Positions 11,777 to 23,719 of a stretch of 64,000 nt of DNA are shown here, piece by piece; position 1 is the first letter of the stretch; every line of letters starts with the position of its first letter. The stretch covers positions 1,272,326 through 1,336,325 of the forward strand of contig ML992510.1 in the NCBI GenBank assembly GCA_010093995.1, read 5' to 3'. The position numbers were made by a program, and so were the translations under genes. Source of the DNA: Elsinoe ampelina. Its lineage: Eukaryota. The notes under the pieces were generated by a model. The model did not search any database and was not told where the DNA came from. It saw only the letters and a list, made by a program, of their open reading frames with translations.

Positions 11777-13636
11777 TCACATCCCCAGGACAATGTGCTT
11801 GAACTCGTACTTTCTCGACCATTCGATCCAGTCCACGTCCTCGGATCGTCCGCCTGCATTCTCGGCTGCCCGCTGCTCGATGATGGCCAGGTCGAGCAGG
11901 TGGTACACCCGTCTCACGGCCCCGGAAAGCCCTGCTTGGCTCATCTGCCGCAGGAGTCGGAGGGCTTCTTGCTTTTCGTCTCGGTTCTTGCTCACGAATC
12001 CGGCGATAAATAGGCCGGGAGCTAGGTGGTGGTTTTCCGTGTCGGCATTGGCGACGCTGGCCCGGGCGGCTTTGATGATCACGCTGCAGTGCGTGGCGTC
12101 TTCGTCCTCGTAGCGGTCTGATTCGAGCCGTTGATGGGGGTACATGCTGGAGTGGAGGTACAGAGACAGAACGGAGAATTGATAACGTGAAAAAGAGAAT
12201 GTGCCTTGGATGATGGCTGGCTGTTGTTCCAGTGAACATGGGTCTTCTGGGTCGTCGGCGAATCGTGGGCAATTCTTTTCCCACAGTTCTCGGTGGCGAG
12301 CAGACAAGTCATCGACTCTCGCTTGTCGCTCTGCTTGGTTGACTGTGCCGGCTTTCATGTCTCGCCGCATGTCTAGAGTGAGCTGGCTCTGCTCGGCGTA
12401 CATCTGAAAGATCAAAAGTGACAGCTTGTGTACTGCCAGAAAGTTCTGAAAAACAGTCGCGGATGGGAAAGTGTTCTCACCGCTGGGAGCGATCGGCCAT
12501 AGTGGCAATGTCTTGCCATTGTTTAAGAAGCTTCGCACATAGTGCCCCGCTTCTTCGTTCCCAGCCAATCCGGCTTGTGAATCCAACAAGAGAGTATACC
12601 ACGACAGGTAAGCTTTCAGACGACTGATGCTTGGTGACGACGGAGAGTGGACGAGACTGGCCAAGCCCTGCAAATGGAGTGCCCAGCATGTACGATCCTG
12701 CGGCCATCGTTGCGAAGCACAGCCAATGTCGTACATGAGCAGAATGAAGTGCAGGAAGAATGTCGCCTCCGGATCGTATGTCTCGAGATTCCGACATGCA
12801 GATACCGCTCGATCATAGTGCTGAAATGAACCTGCCAGAAGCTCTGGACGGTTGTTGAGCCCGCTGTTCAGCAAGGTGATAGCACAGATGGCGTGGTGGA
12901 GTGGAGGAAACCTCCGAGCTGTCGACAGAAGCAGATTCTCATTGTTCTCAATATTCAGTCGGAATCGTACGGCCATAGGCATGATCTTTTTGCATATGAC
13001 TGTGTCGAACAGGTACGGGTGTCTCTGGTTGTCGATGGTTCGCGTGCCATAGTCCATGATGTCGAAGCGTGGGGAATCCCATGGCTGCTCCTGCCGAGAT
13101 GGATTGTTCAGAGTAAGCGTCTGATCAGAGTCCTCATCGTCGCTCTCGTGCGCCAGACGAACGGGGAGCTCATTGAGCTCATGTCGAGAAGCTCGATTTG
13201 ACGTCGGGGTCGTGTTGACAATGTTTGTCCGAGAGGAAATGCTCGGCGCAGGTGCACGTGCCGTAAGGGCGAGCGAAGAGTCCTCTCGTCCGCCACTCGA
13301 CTCGGGAGATGAAGGGGATCCACCCGAGCTGTCAGTCTGATAGGAATCGGAGCCGGTGCTGGTGTAGGTCTGTAGCTCACTGGACCACTCTACGGCCGAG
13401 TCTGGCTGCTTGGAACTGGCCGCGGCTTTCTCGACCCTTTTATCGGTTACGATATACTGTCTCTCGACTGTATAGTTGGAGTTGACAAAGCGCCATTGTC
13501 GAGCCCAATCGCAAGCCTTGTTCAGTCGTGTACAAGGACCACACCTTGGCCGCTGTTCGTCACATTTGACCTTTCTCCTCCGACAGGTGCCACAACCGCT
13601 GAAGGACCTTGCGGTGGATCGAGATACATTGTCCAT
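11777..13636 (-). CDS. Zn(II)2Cys6 fungal transcription factor
   Basis: 619-aa ORF with CGTCRRRKVKCDEQRPRCGPCTRLNKAC at the N-terminus and a fungal-specific TF-type C-terminal region. Confidence 0.93.
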   Translation of the reverse strand: MDNVSRSTARSFSGCGTCRRRKVKCDEQRPRCGPCTRLNKACDWARQWRFVNSNYTVERQYIVTDKRVEKAAASSKQPDSAVEWSSELQTYTSTGSDSYQTDSSGGSPSSPESSGGREDSSLALTARAPAPSISSRTNIVNTTPTSNRASRHELNELPVRLAHESDDEDSDQTLTLNNPSRQEQPWDSPRFDIMDYGTRTIDNQRHPYLFDTVICKKIMPMAVRFRLNIENNENLLLSTARRFPPLHHAICAITLLNSGLNNRPELLAGSFQHYDRAVSACRNLETYDPEATFFLHFILLMYDIGCASQRWPQDRTCWALHLQGLASLVHSPSSPSISRLKAYLSWYTLLLDSQAGLAGNEEAGHYVRSFLNNGKTLPLWPIAPSGENTFPSATVFQNFLAVHKLSLLIFQMYAEQSQLTLDMRRDMKAGTVNQAERQARVDDLSARHRELWEKNCPRFADDPEDPCSLEQQPAIIQGTFSFSRYQFSVLSLYLHSSMYPHQRLESDRYEDEDATHCSVIIKAARASVANADTENHHLAPGLFIAGFVSKNRDEKQEALRLLRQMSQAGLSGAVRRVYHLLDLAIIEQRAAENAGGRSEDVDWIEWSRKYEFKHIVLGM

Positions 13637-14661
13637 CGGATTGACGGCCCTCGCATGGCCACCACTAGGACAAGGCTGTCGAATAGGGTGAGCATCTACG
13701 GTGAGTCCATGGGAGCTCCTGAAGGAAAAGAGCGGGGTCTGTCCGAGAAGGGTTGTCTGGACCGACGTGCAGGATCGGCGGATGCTTAGACCAGGTCGCT
13801 GGAAACGTCGCGATTCAATGCATCATTCACGGTCTCATTATTGTGAAAGACGAGAGGGCTATCGTGATGAGAATCGGAGATGCGATATCTTGAGTGGGGC
13901 GCTGACAAGCTGAAGGATAAATGGGTCGACTCTCCTTTTGTCTTTTGTGAGTTTTTTACCTCAAGCTCAAGCTCAAACTCAGGCCAGCTGGGCTGATCAG
14001 GGTCAGGTCCAAGTATTGGCGTTCTTCTTTCGTTTTAGAAACGGCAACGGTGCTAATGACATCTCGAGAGTATATCGGTGCAACGCACTGCACAAATGTC
14101 CCATGGATCGCACGAACCGCTCCAGTAAGCGCACGCCATGTGTTGGGTTGGAGTACTTGGAATCATAGGCTCGGTCCGAATGCAAGAAAGAGAGACATCA
14201 ATCGGTCAACAGTCCCATGGGTCCACAGCGCAAGGACCAGGGCAAGATGCAGCTGCAGAGCAGCAAAAAGTCTTTGTAACCTTAAAAAAGGCTTATACTT
14301 TAGCCGTATACTGGAGCCTAACACCAGCCACTCTCGGTCTCCCACCTCAGCAATGACGAGGGGCACTCCTCCGCAGTAAACATCAAGTACCTAACTTAGC
14401 CTGGATGTCGACATCTGCAAACGGCGCGTGGGATATGGCAACCGTTCGACCGACCACGTTGTCCCTTATCGACTCGAAAGACATCGAAAAGGTCTTGCAC
14501 ACAATTCAATCCCATTTGACGGATTCCTGGGCAACGTCGTGGAATCTTGCATGACTCTGTGCATGGTCCCATACATAGTTCTAGGCCCCGCTCGGAACTC
14601 TATCCGAGCGAAAGAAGAGCGTCATCTTGCAGACAGGAGTTTCTCTCTATGACAAACCCGC

Positions 14662-15678
14662 TCAAGACGCAGGAGCAGTGCCGGCGTTGCCACCCGCCTG
14701 AATACTTTGCTGCAGGAACTGGACTGCAGGCGCAACATCATCCGAGTAAGCAAAATGGGCAGCCGTGACAGCGAGAGTTCCTCGACACACGCCGTCTCCA
14801 GCTTCGCAAAAGATCTTGACCTTTTCTCGCGGAAAGTTTGGGATCTGGCCGCGGTCTTGCTGGTTCCTGGTGTCACCGTACATGACTGCACCATCGACAC
14901 GCTCCTTTACGGCCGGTTGGAGGTCGCTGACGGCAGCGTGCATGACAGCTGTACCTTGGCTGGGAAACGTCAGTAACGGACCTCGAACTCGACATGAGAC
15001 TGCTGACCTGTAGCCGCCGACAACGATGCTGGTCTGAGGACATTTAGAAGCTGCCAGACTGATGAGACGTCCAGCTTCTCTGATGGCTGCTGGAGAGGAC
15101 CCGCGGGGGAGGGCATTGTCAGCAAGTCCAGCAGTGTATGGCCCGCCAACACCCTGACAAGCGACCTTGTCCTGACCGAGAGCTCGCTTGAGGCCACTGC
15201 AAGTAGCAGGCCCAGTGGAGGCACCCTGAGAATGTTAGTGCATGCCAGTTCTGAAGAAAATTGGTCTTACCATGTTACCGGGCTCAGTCGAGGCACGAGC
15301 CATGATGAAGGTCACATCGCGGCACTGGCCTTGCTCAAGCTCATTGCTCGTGCTGCCTCCTCCTCCACCAAGGCCACCACCCAAACCGCCCCCCAATCCG
15401 CCAAGGAAACCGCCGCTACCTGAACTCCCTCCACCTGATCCCCCCAAGCCACCAAGGCCTCCCCCGGAGCTTCCGCCGAGGCCCCTTGAGAAGCCTCCGC
15501 CAGTGCTTCCTCCACCAGAAGAGCTATCACCACTGCCGGAGCTCCCTCCACGGCCGAAGAAGCTGCCCAGGCCACCACCGGTGCTCCCGCCAAGGAAGCT
15601 GCCAAACTGGCGCTTGTTGAGGCTGATGGGTGATGCGGACGCCAGGCCCGCAATGGCAATGATGGATGCGACCTTCAT
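14662..15678 (-). CDS. Secreted cutinase (CE5) with Gly/Ser-rich N-terminal extension
   Basis: Signal peptide, KR site, [22 protein letters not shown] nucleophile motif split by an intron (~14960-15008), and YGD...CEAGDGVC...AHFAY. Second intron near 15227-15270. Confidence 0.93.
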
Positions 15679-17415
15679 TGCGAGTGTGTGTCAAGAAATG
15701 GTTTAATGAGAAAGGAAATCAATGAAGATTTGCTCGACCGGCGATGCTTGACGGCAGAATGAAGGGGACGAAATGGAGCTATAAGTAGCGAGTGGATGAG
15801 CATGATGCCGAGGGTCGTTGACCATACCGCTGTTGTCCCCCACCACCTTTGTGTTTCAGGGCAATCCGTTGCTTACTGTGCCAGAGCAAGTACCAAGGAT
15901 AAGCTAAGAGTAGATGGCGGTGGCATGTGTTGCTTGCCAAAACGCTAACGTCATGGCCGGGACTGCTTTTAGGTGAAAGGGCGTCGTCCAGGTACTGAAC
16001 CATTGATTCGGCACGGTCGGATCTGGTTCGTTTGCAAATTTACTCGCTTCGTTCGGTGCCAAAGCCATCAGAAAGCTGTCTGATGGCTCCGGCATCACAG
16101 TCGAAGAGTTTGATATGCCTCCGCCAGGTCAAAAAGGATAGGGAAGACAGCAGGCATGGCAAGCGAACTGCAATCTCGCACAAACCTAACGTCGGAGATC
16201 GGCCCAGGATGCTCGACAACTGTGGTTGACAGATCCAATGAGATGCAGAAGCTGTATGCAGGTGGTGGACAGGGCAGGTGAAGTGTCTGGATCGTGTTTC
16301 AACTTTCAAGATGCCGTGTCAGTGGTCCGCTTTAGGGAGTGTTGTGGCGGTGCGCCAAAGAACTGGATCTTTCGGCGATGAAGAGCCGAGGTAGCCTTAC
16401 CTCGCAACTCTGCATATACGAGATCTGTGGCTTCTTTTCATATCGAACTTACCGGTTCTGGTGGAGTCGATGTCCTGTCATCTTAAGCAGAAATGAACAT
16501 AGTGATTGATGTGGGGCGAACACAATCAACTTGCGGTGGATGTGGTTGAGAGACACCTGGGTACGCAGCACTTGCTTTGAAGACCAGGGCTTCGACAGTA
16601 GTGAGGGCTGGTAGTTCCCGTATCTTGAGTCAACAAGAACATCATCTCAACCATGAACTCTAGCAAAGGATTCAACGCTCTCCATTTGGATTTTGCGGAA
16701 GCTAAGCCCACTGCTGCCAGGTTGGTTTCGGATCTCGGCAGGATGCAAGTCTCGATGGCAGCCTCAAGTGCTGATCATATAGTACTGACTAGTCAGATAA
16801 GTCAATATTAGCATTGAGGTGCAGTAGGCGACTACAGCTCCACACCCTGGAATATGAACAGCGTCGACCCACAGCCTCCGTAGATAGATCTACAGGAGAA
16901 TGTGGATCCAGCATCTGCAGATATCCTAGGGACCCGCAGCTTGGGACGCTTGATCCAGCTCGTTCCATGGTGCGTTTGAAAGAGTCTCACTTCCTCAAGG
17001 ATGTCCTCGCGGACACGCAGTGGAAGGAAATGCCAAGTGAATTCGCGGCGACAGATCACTTCTTCCTCGGGCCTACCTAGGTACTTGATGGTGGTGTGGC
17101 CATATGTGAGGTCGAAATCGTCATGTGTATGCAGGAGACGTCGCGACCAGAGACAGGGACCGTGAGGTTTGCGTAAAAAGGCTACCACATTAGGCCGACA
17201 GGGATCTGAAAAGGTTTAACAGTGAAGAGGAATGATGTTGTGAGATTTCGAGGCTTATTGGACAAGGGGAGGTCAGAGTGAAATGGACCCCGCCATTCGG
17301 ACTCGCCAAGCTCGCTCCTCCATCCACTCCGTCCTCCTTCACACCTTCACGCCGTTCCACTAATCGCAACAACCCCTTACGAGGGTCGAGCCTTGCTCAG
17401 CGATAGCATGAGCTC

Positions 17416-18042
17416 ATGCCACCATCACGCGCCATCTCGAATACATCCTCGACCGGATTCTTTAACAAGAAACCTACACCGTTCAAGCCTCCAGGTCCAG
17501 CGAAGAGCTCCTCAAACTCCAATGACCGTACATCGTCTGGGGGCAGCAATGCCGCCGCCGCCACAGTCAAACCTGCCACGATGACAATCTCCGACGATGA
17601 AGAAGACTTTGGCACTGCATTCGACATTGACGACGTCGACATGGAAGACCTTGTGGACTCCCCACCCATTCAAACACCCGCGAAGCCGAATACCGCACCT
17701 CCTGCCAAAGACAGGCCTCGCTTTCCACAACCCCAGACCACCGAAGACGAAGCAATACCGGGTATACCGCCTACCCTCCTCACGCGAATTATGCACGAGT
17801 TCTACGCAGACAAGGACACTAAGATCAGCCGCAATGCTAACGCCATGATGCGGCGATACGTGGACATCTTCGTCCGAGAAGCTGTCGCAAGAGCAGCTGA
17901 AGGCCAGAAGGAGGCTAAGAAGCAAGAGGAGGAGGCATCGGGAGGGAACAAGACGGGCAAGTCGCGAGCACTGCCGGACGACATCTACCTTGATGTGGAA
18001 GATCTGGAAAGAATCACACCGAGCATGCTACTGGACTTTTAA
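17416..18042 (+). CDS. CENP-X/MHF2 histone-fold protein with disordered N-terminus
   Basis: C-terminal IPPTLLTRIMHEF..KDTKIS..A......YVDIFVREAVARA...LDVEDLERITPSMLLDF matches the CENP-X pattern. Confidence 0.85.
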   Translation: MPPSRAISNTSSTGFFNKKPTPFKPPGPAKSSSNSNDRTSSGGSNAAAATVKPATMTISDDEEDFGTAFDIDDVDMEDLVDSPPIQTPAKPNTAPPAKDRPRFPQPQTTEDEAIPGIPPTLLTRIMHEFYADKDTKISRNANAMMRRYVDIFVREAVARAAEGQKEAKKQEEEASGGNKTGKSRALPDDIYLDVEDLERITPSMLLDF

Positions 18043-18211
18043 TGGCTTTGTAAGGATCGCCAGCTCTGACCTCAAGAGCTGTATGGCGGGCATGGAACGG
18101 CAAAGATAGAATATGATACCCCGGTGCTGCGCATCAATAATTCAGTCGAAGATCTGGCTCTTTCAGGCTGCTATACATTACTCTATGGCTATGTGTGACA
18201 TTGTACCACAC

Positions 18212-20249
18212 TCAAGAAGAGCTGGGCAGGACATCCTCCAAATCGCTCGGGCTGATAAAGTACTGGCCCGTCTCGGTGTTGTTGGTAAGGTTAGTCTGCC
18301 TGATCTCTCCTCCCTTGAGGAAACCACTCTCCGCAATGCCGCCGGCGACTGGTCGCTGGATCTTATTCTCACCAGCCTTGACCGTGAAATTGGCAATGCT
18401 GATCTCGTTGGGGTTGCGGTTGATGATGGTGGGCATGCCGAAGAAGTTGGCGACGACTTCTTCGTGGCTGATGTGCAGCTCGTAGTATCCACGATAGTAC
18501 AGGTCTTGCCATTGAAGCTCCGGGCTGTCGTTGACGAGGCGCTGACTGAAAGCAGCGGCTCGAGCGAGGCTGATGTTCTGACCGTACGGGCAAGGAGAGC
18601 TGACTGCTGAACCGGCGAACTCGGCACCCAGACTACCAGCACCGGTCTCGGGGTCGTATGGAGCATTACCGAGCCAAGTGAGATCGCTTACCCAGCTGGC
18701 GTGACTGTCTCCGGCCATGAAAATATTGTTACCAATGTTGTTGTTGGTGAGGTATTCGAGCGTGCGATTGCGGTTGGCGACGTATCCATCCCAGGCATCG
18801 AGGTTGAAGGGACTATCGTTGCCAAAAGCCAAAGACTGGTTGATCTGCGAGAAGATGATCTGAGAGCCGATGAGTCTCCACGTGGCTCCTCTCTCCGCCG
18901 AACTGCCTAGTGTATTGTAGAACCAATTCTCCTGCCTGCTGCCCATCAGACTGCGGCTAGCTTCGTTCGAGATGCGGTGGATGTATTCGGTGTTCCAGTA
19001 AAGATCGGTGATGGACCGGTCGTAATTCCTGGTATCGAGCATGATGAGATCAAAAAGACCTAGCATTGTTAGAAACGCTCGACAACTAGCTTGCAGTGTG
19101 ACTTACTGCCAACACTGAATGACCTCCAGATTCGAAGATTGTCGTCCATCTCGACTTGTCTGATAGGCATCCATTCGAAGTAGGCCCTTACTGCGTTCAT
19201 CTTGCGCTGGTCGACACTGATGCCTCCGTCTCGGATGAAGCTATCTTCCGTATTGTTCAGATCAGATGATCCATCGCGGTAGCCGTTGTCAGAGACCTCG
19301 TGATCATCCCAGACAGGGATCCAGGGGTAGTTTTGATGGGACAGAAGTAGATCCTGGTCTTCTCGGTAGTTGGCGTGGCGCGCCCTGTAATCATACAACG
19401 TGTAGATGATACGGGGCGGATTGGAGAAGCGGCCAATGGGGGCACCATTACCATAATCACCGTCGCCAGCATATTCGTAGATGTAGTCACCAAGGTGCAC
19501 AACGTAGTCTACCGATTCCTTGCGGACGGTATTGCCATATGCGTTGAAGTAGCCAAAGGCTAACCCAGTCAGTGATAATCTGATCAATAAGCCAACGAAA
19601 CTTACGAAAGTTGCTGCACGAGTAGATAGCAAGGCTGACTTGGGCGGAAGAGTCCTCGGGCAGAGGTGTCGTCTTGGTCCGGCCAACTGGGCTAGACTTG
19701 CTGGAGCCGCAGATGTTGAACTGGTAAAAGTACGAGGTGAAGGGCTCGAGACCATTGGCCTCCACCTTGACAGTGTAGTCAATGTCGGAGGAGGTGTAAA
19801 CGACGCCGCTGTCGGCAATGCTTCCAAACGTCTCTTCTTCAGACACCTTGTATTCAACGCATATAGGTGCAGTAGTCACTCCCGACTTGTTGTAGATACC
19901 ATGACCGTACAATGGCACAGTTCCGCTCACCGTGGAGTTGTCGTCGACGTTTGCAAACATAGGAGACGCTCTCGTCCAGATAATCACCGAGTCGGGGTAG
20001 GGGTCACTGATTGGGGTCAGCCCATGTTGACGATTTGAAACGCTATACTTACCCAGACGCAACACCATGCGTAAAGTTGAGCTGGCTGGGGCTGTAATGC
20101 GTACCCGGCACATTTCGCTTGTTGACCTTGTGCAGCGATATACCCAGACCCGGATGATGCTCCGAAGGACTGCGGTAGTTGATGTTCCTGGTCCAGCTCG
20201 CGAGAGAGACTCCCGCGAGTGATAAGAGGGCTACGACTGCCTTCATCAT
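18212..20249 (-). CDS. Secreted PhoD-family alkaline phosphatase, multi-exon
   Basis: Signal peptide, FTHGVASG/DPYPDSVIIWTR, GRTKT, SCSN, HLGDYIYE, WDDHEV, MLDTRNYDR, DAWDGY and GDSHASW. Three introns. Confidence 0.93.
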
Positions 20250-20730
20250 GTGAACTGACCACAGAGAGACGTGATGAGAACAGACGAATTGAGGAGATCA
20301 TGATCTTACCGACATTGGTCTACATATACACAATAATGAATGTGGTCCGCGGTACGCGTCCATGGCTGCGATGATCTTCCACCGACAGGAAGCTAAACAG
20401 AAAACTTGAAGCTCTCCCGAGCTGTCCACTGCGGTACGTCTGGATATGACGGCGTGGTTGATTTGGCGAGCCAGTCAGATGGACTTGATTACCCATGCCC
20501 GCAAGCCAAGATGGATACTTGACAGAGTTTGCGTCGATGACCTTCCGTATCCGACATGGTCGAGGTGAAGGTGGAAAGTTTGGTGCCTATCGGATTTTTG
20601 ACACGTGGGAAGGACAAGCAAAAGCGATTGGCGAAGCCGGATCATTGCCGTGAAGTGAGCCGCAGCAAGAGGGGCAACATGGCGGCAAGACTTCTGTCAT
20701 GCTGGGACCTCTGTCAAGTGTCTCACATCC

Positions 20731-21777
20731 ATGGCCACATCTTCGATCAAGTTGAAGCCATTAACGCCCGGTGGCACGATAGCGTTCCTCTCACCCTCAT
20801 CACGACTCAACAAGCTCTTCGGGCACCGCATTGAGAGAGCAAAAGGCTTCTTCGCGAGAAATGGATTCCACGTAAAGGTATTCTGGCAACACACCTTGTC
20901 ATCAAATTATCACGAAGCTGTTCTCCAGCGTTGTGAAGAGCTTCATGCAGCCTTCCTGGACCCAGAAGTTTCGGCCATAGTATGCACTATCGGCGGACAC
21001 TCATGCAATGAGTTGCTCGAGTATATTGACTACGATGTGGTACGATTGCACCCAAAGGTTTTTTGTGGCTTCTCAGACATCTCTCTTTTACATCAAGCCT
21101 TCTATACTCAAGCTGGTCTGCAGACCTTCTATGGGCCGGCCGTGATACCCAATTTCGGCGAACATCCTGAGCCGATGCCATTCACCTTCGAAACCTTCCA
21201 GTCTGCACTATGCGGCTTCACAGGCCCGGTTCCACGCTCTCTTGGATGGTCACAAGAGTGGCTTGACTGGTTGAACCCAAGCACGGATCAAGAGGAGAGA
21301 AGTCTAGCACCCTCGCCCCCATGGAAGTGGCTGAGAGCAGGGCATGCTCAAGCCAAGTTGTTGGGTGGCTGTCTTCCATCTCTCAATCAGCTCGTTGGAT
21401 CAAAGTATTGTCCCGACTACAACGGTTGTGTTCTTCTGCTGGAGACGCCCGAAGCAGATCACAGGCCTGATGCTCCCATGTCTCTTGATATGGTCCGCAA
21501 GAGTCTGACGGACCTTCGCAACGCTGGTGTTCTCGGTGAGATCAGTGGCCTGGTGGTCGGACGTCCTTTTATGTACGATGATAATTTGCGAGCTGAATTC
21601 CATGGCGTTGTCCTCGAGGCTTGCCAGAACAATTCCTACCCTATCCTGGTGGACATTGACATTGGTCATACTCATCCTACTCTGACACTCCCGCTGGGAT
21701 CCATCGTCATTTTAGATGCAGGCCGAGATACTTTTGGGATTCTGGATAGCCCGGTGGCTACTTTGAAGGAGATTTGA
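20731..21777 (+). CDS. Peptidase S66 (LD-carboxypeptidase/MccF-like)
   Basis: 348-aa ORF with IAFLSPSS, CTIGG, GFSD (Ser), TFYGP, GGCL, LLETPE (Glu) and IGHTHP (His). Confidence 0.9.
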   Translation: MATSSIKLKPLTPGGTIAFLSPSSRLNKLFGHRIERAKGFFARNGFHVKVFWQHTLSSNYHEAVLQRCEELHAAFLDPEVSAIVCTIGGHSCNELLEYIDYDVVRLHPKVFCGFSDISLLHQAFYTQAGLQTFYGPAVIPNFGEHPEPMPFTFETFQSALCGFTGPVPRSLGWSQEWLDWLNPSTDQEERSLAPSPPWKWLRAGHAQAKLLGGCLPSLNQLVGSKYCPDYNGCVLLLETPEADHRPDAPMSLDMVRKSLTDLRNAGVLGEISGLVVGRPFMYDDNLRAEFHGVVLEACQNNSYPILVDIDIGHTHPTLTLPLGSIVILDAGRDTFGILDSPVATLKEI

Positions 21778-21998
21778 TGTGGCAGCCATATCATTTCGGT
21801 CTGGTCATTTCAAGTCACAACATCGTTGCGCAGAGTAAAAGGAACCATCGTCTTCATTCCCACGGACTTAATGAGCTAACAATCGTTTCATTACACGGCA
21901 ATACTCCAGCGTCAATTGAAGACTGCAGAGTACAAGTCGTTACATTTTCCGAAAGGTCTGTTCATATTCGCACCACCATTCAGATGACCCACAGTTCT

Positions 21999-23719
21999 TC
22001 AAGTGGTACCTCTCAGACCAGCAGACACTGTGGGTTGCCCGTGAGCCCCGACGACGATCGGACCAGGCTGGTCATCCGATGGAGGAGCGGCGAGCCTGTT
22101 CTTGCCGTCCTGCGATGTGACGTCGCTGTCACTAACATCCTCCTCGACGAGTTGTTGCTTCTTCTTGCGGCGGAAAATGTCGTCGACATACCTGAAGATG
22201 GCACAAGACAGACCGAAGGCGAGGATGGCACAGTTGACGCTGAACGCACGTCTGTACCGAGGTCTGTCGTCTGAGCGGAAGATCTGAGCACCGTAGATGC
22301 CAGCGATGTTGGCGCCCATGATGACGAGCGCCATGGCGAGTGCTCGCTCTTCGGAATCCTCACAGGTAAGAGACATCCAGGTGATGTTGAGAGGATGGGA
22401 GAAGGTGCCGAATACCTGGGTCCAGATGACACCAAAGTACTTGACTCCACGACGACCAGTTAGCTCTGTGAAGATACGGTTCAGGATGTAGCCAAGCAAA
22501 TGCATGCTGAAGCCAGCCATGACCGTCTCTCCTCGCTTATTGCTGTGTCGGGGTCAGTTTAGAAAGTACAAGCTGGTTTCTCCACGACTCACAATCTATC
22601 GGAGACGTAGCTGAAAGCCCAAGACACAGGGATCTGAATGAACAAACCCACCGCAGCAAGGGCATTGGCAGACAGGGCGCCAAATCCGAAGCTTCCGACA
22701 ATGGTGGGAGCGTAGGTATCAAATGCCCGCTGAGGACCATTGTTGGATAGAGTGATGAAAAAGTGGATCCACATTCTCCAATGGAGGAACTGCCCATGGT
22801 CAGTATACATCTCAACAGTATGCAAAAGATAGACCCTACCAGCTTCTTGAAAGCAGCAGCTCCAATGCTCTTCTTCTTCTTACCCTTCATCGGGTCGTCG
22901 AGGAGAACCCTCGACCTCAAGATATGAATCTCCCGGGGTGTAAAGACCTTCCAGGTAGGTAAGAAGGTCGGACTCGGGTTTTTGAACGAATCGGGCAGAC
23001 AGAAGCCGAAAATGAAGCCGCTCAGGATTGTAAATGCTCCCATGAGCACGAACAGCCAGAACCAACCCGCCTTCCCGCCGACACCACGCATGTTCAGAAT
23101 TCCGTATGCAAGAAGTTTCGCGGAAGCCTGTCCGAACTGGTTGCCAAAGTAAAAGACCATGACACGCTTTGCAGTCTCTTTCCTTGTGTACCATGTCGAA
23201 AGAGTCCACAGGCCGCCAGGGATGAAGCCAGACTCTGTGATACCAAGCAGGAATCGAGTAGCGATGAAGGATGCGTAGTTGGTCTGGAAGGCCTGGAAGG
23301 TACTGACAGTGCCGAAGAGGAAGAGTTGCAGCGTCAACCATTTACCGGGGCCGACTCGGTAGAGGATCATGTTGGAAGGGATCTCGGTGAGCACGATGCC
23401 CAGGGACAACATCTGTTGTCCGACGTTGAATTGATTCTGGGTGATGCCAATGTCCTCCATGAATCTGTCGGTAATAGCGTTGGCCATGTTACCTCTGTCG
23501 AGTTCTGCAGAATGTTAGGAGAGTCAATCAATGTGATACATGTTCCTTACGAAGACAGAAGAAACCCAAAGTCAAGATTGGCATGATGATGAGATCCAGC
23601 TTGCGCTTCGCCTTTTTCTCCTCGTCGACACTCCAGTCTCGGACCAGAGCTTGTTCCTCAACTCCATGGCTAGAGTTGTCCTCGACCACATCGGCCTGTT
23701 TGTAGTCTGTACTGGCCAT
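21999..23719 (-). CDS. MFS transporter, anion:cation symporter (Dal5/allantoate permease-like) family
   Basis: KRKLDLIIMP, (L)DRGNMANA, EIPSNMIL, RFLLGITESGFIPG, GWFWLF and QIFRSDDRPRY. Three introns. Confidence 0.9.

Noticed and set aside
15242..15706. Plus-strand Pro-rich 154-aa ORF
   Set aside because: Antisense shadow of the Gly-rich cutinase N-terminus.
16526..17188. Possible small two-exon minus-strand gene
   Set aside because: No motif recognised and no convincing splice model.
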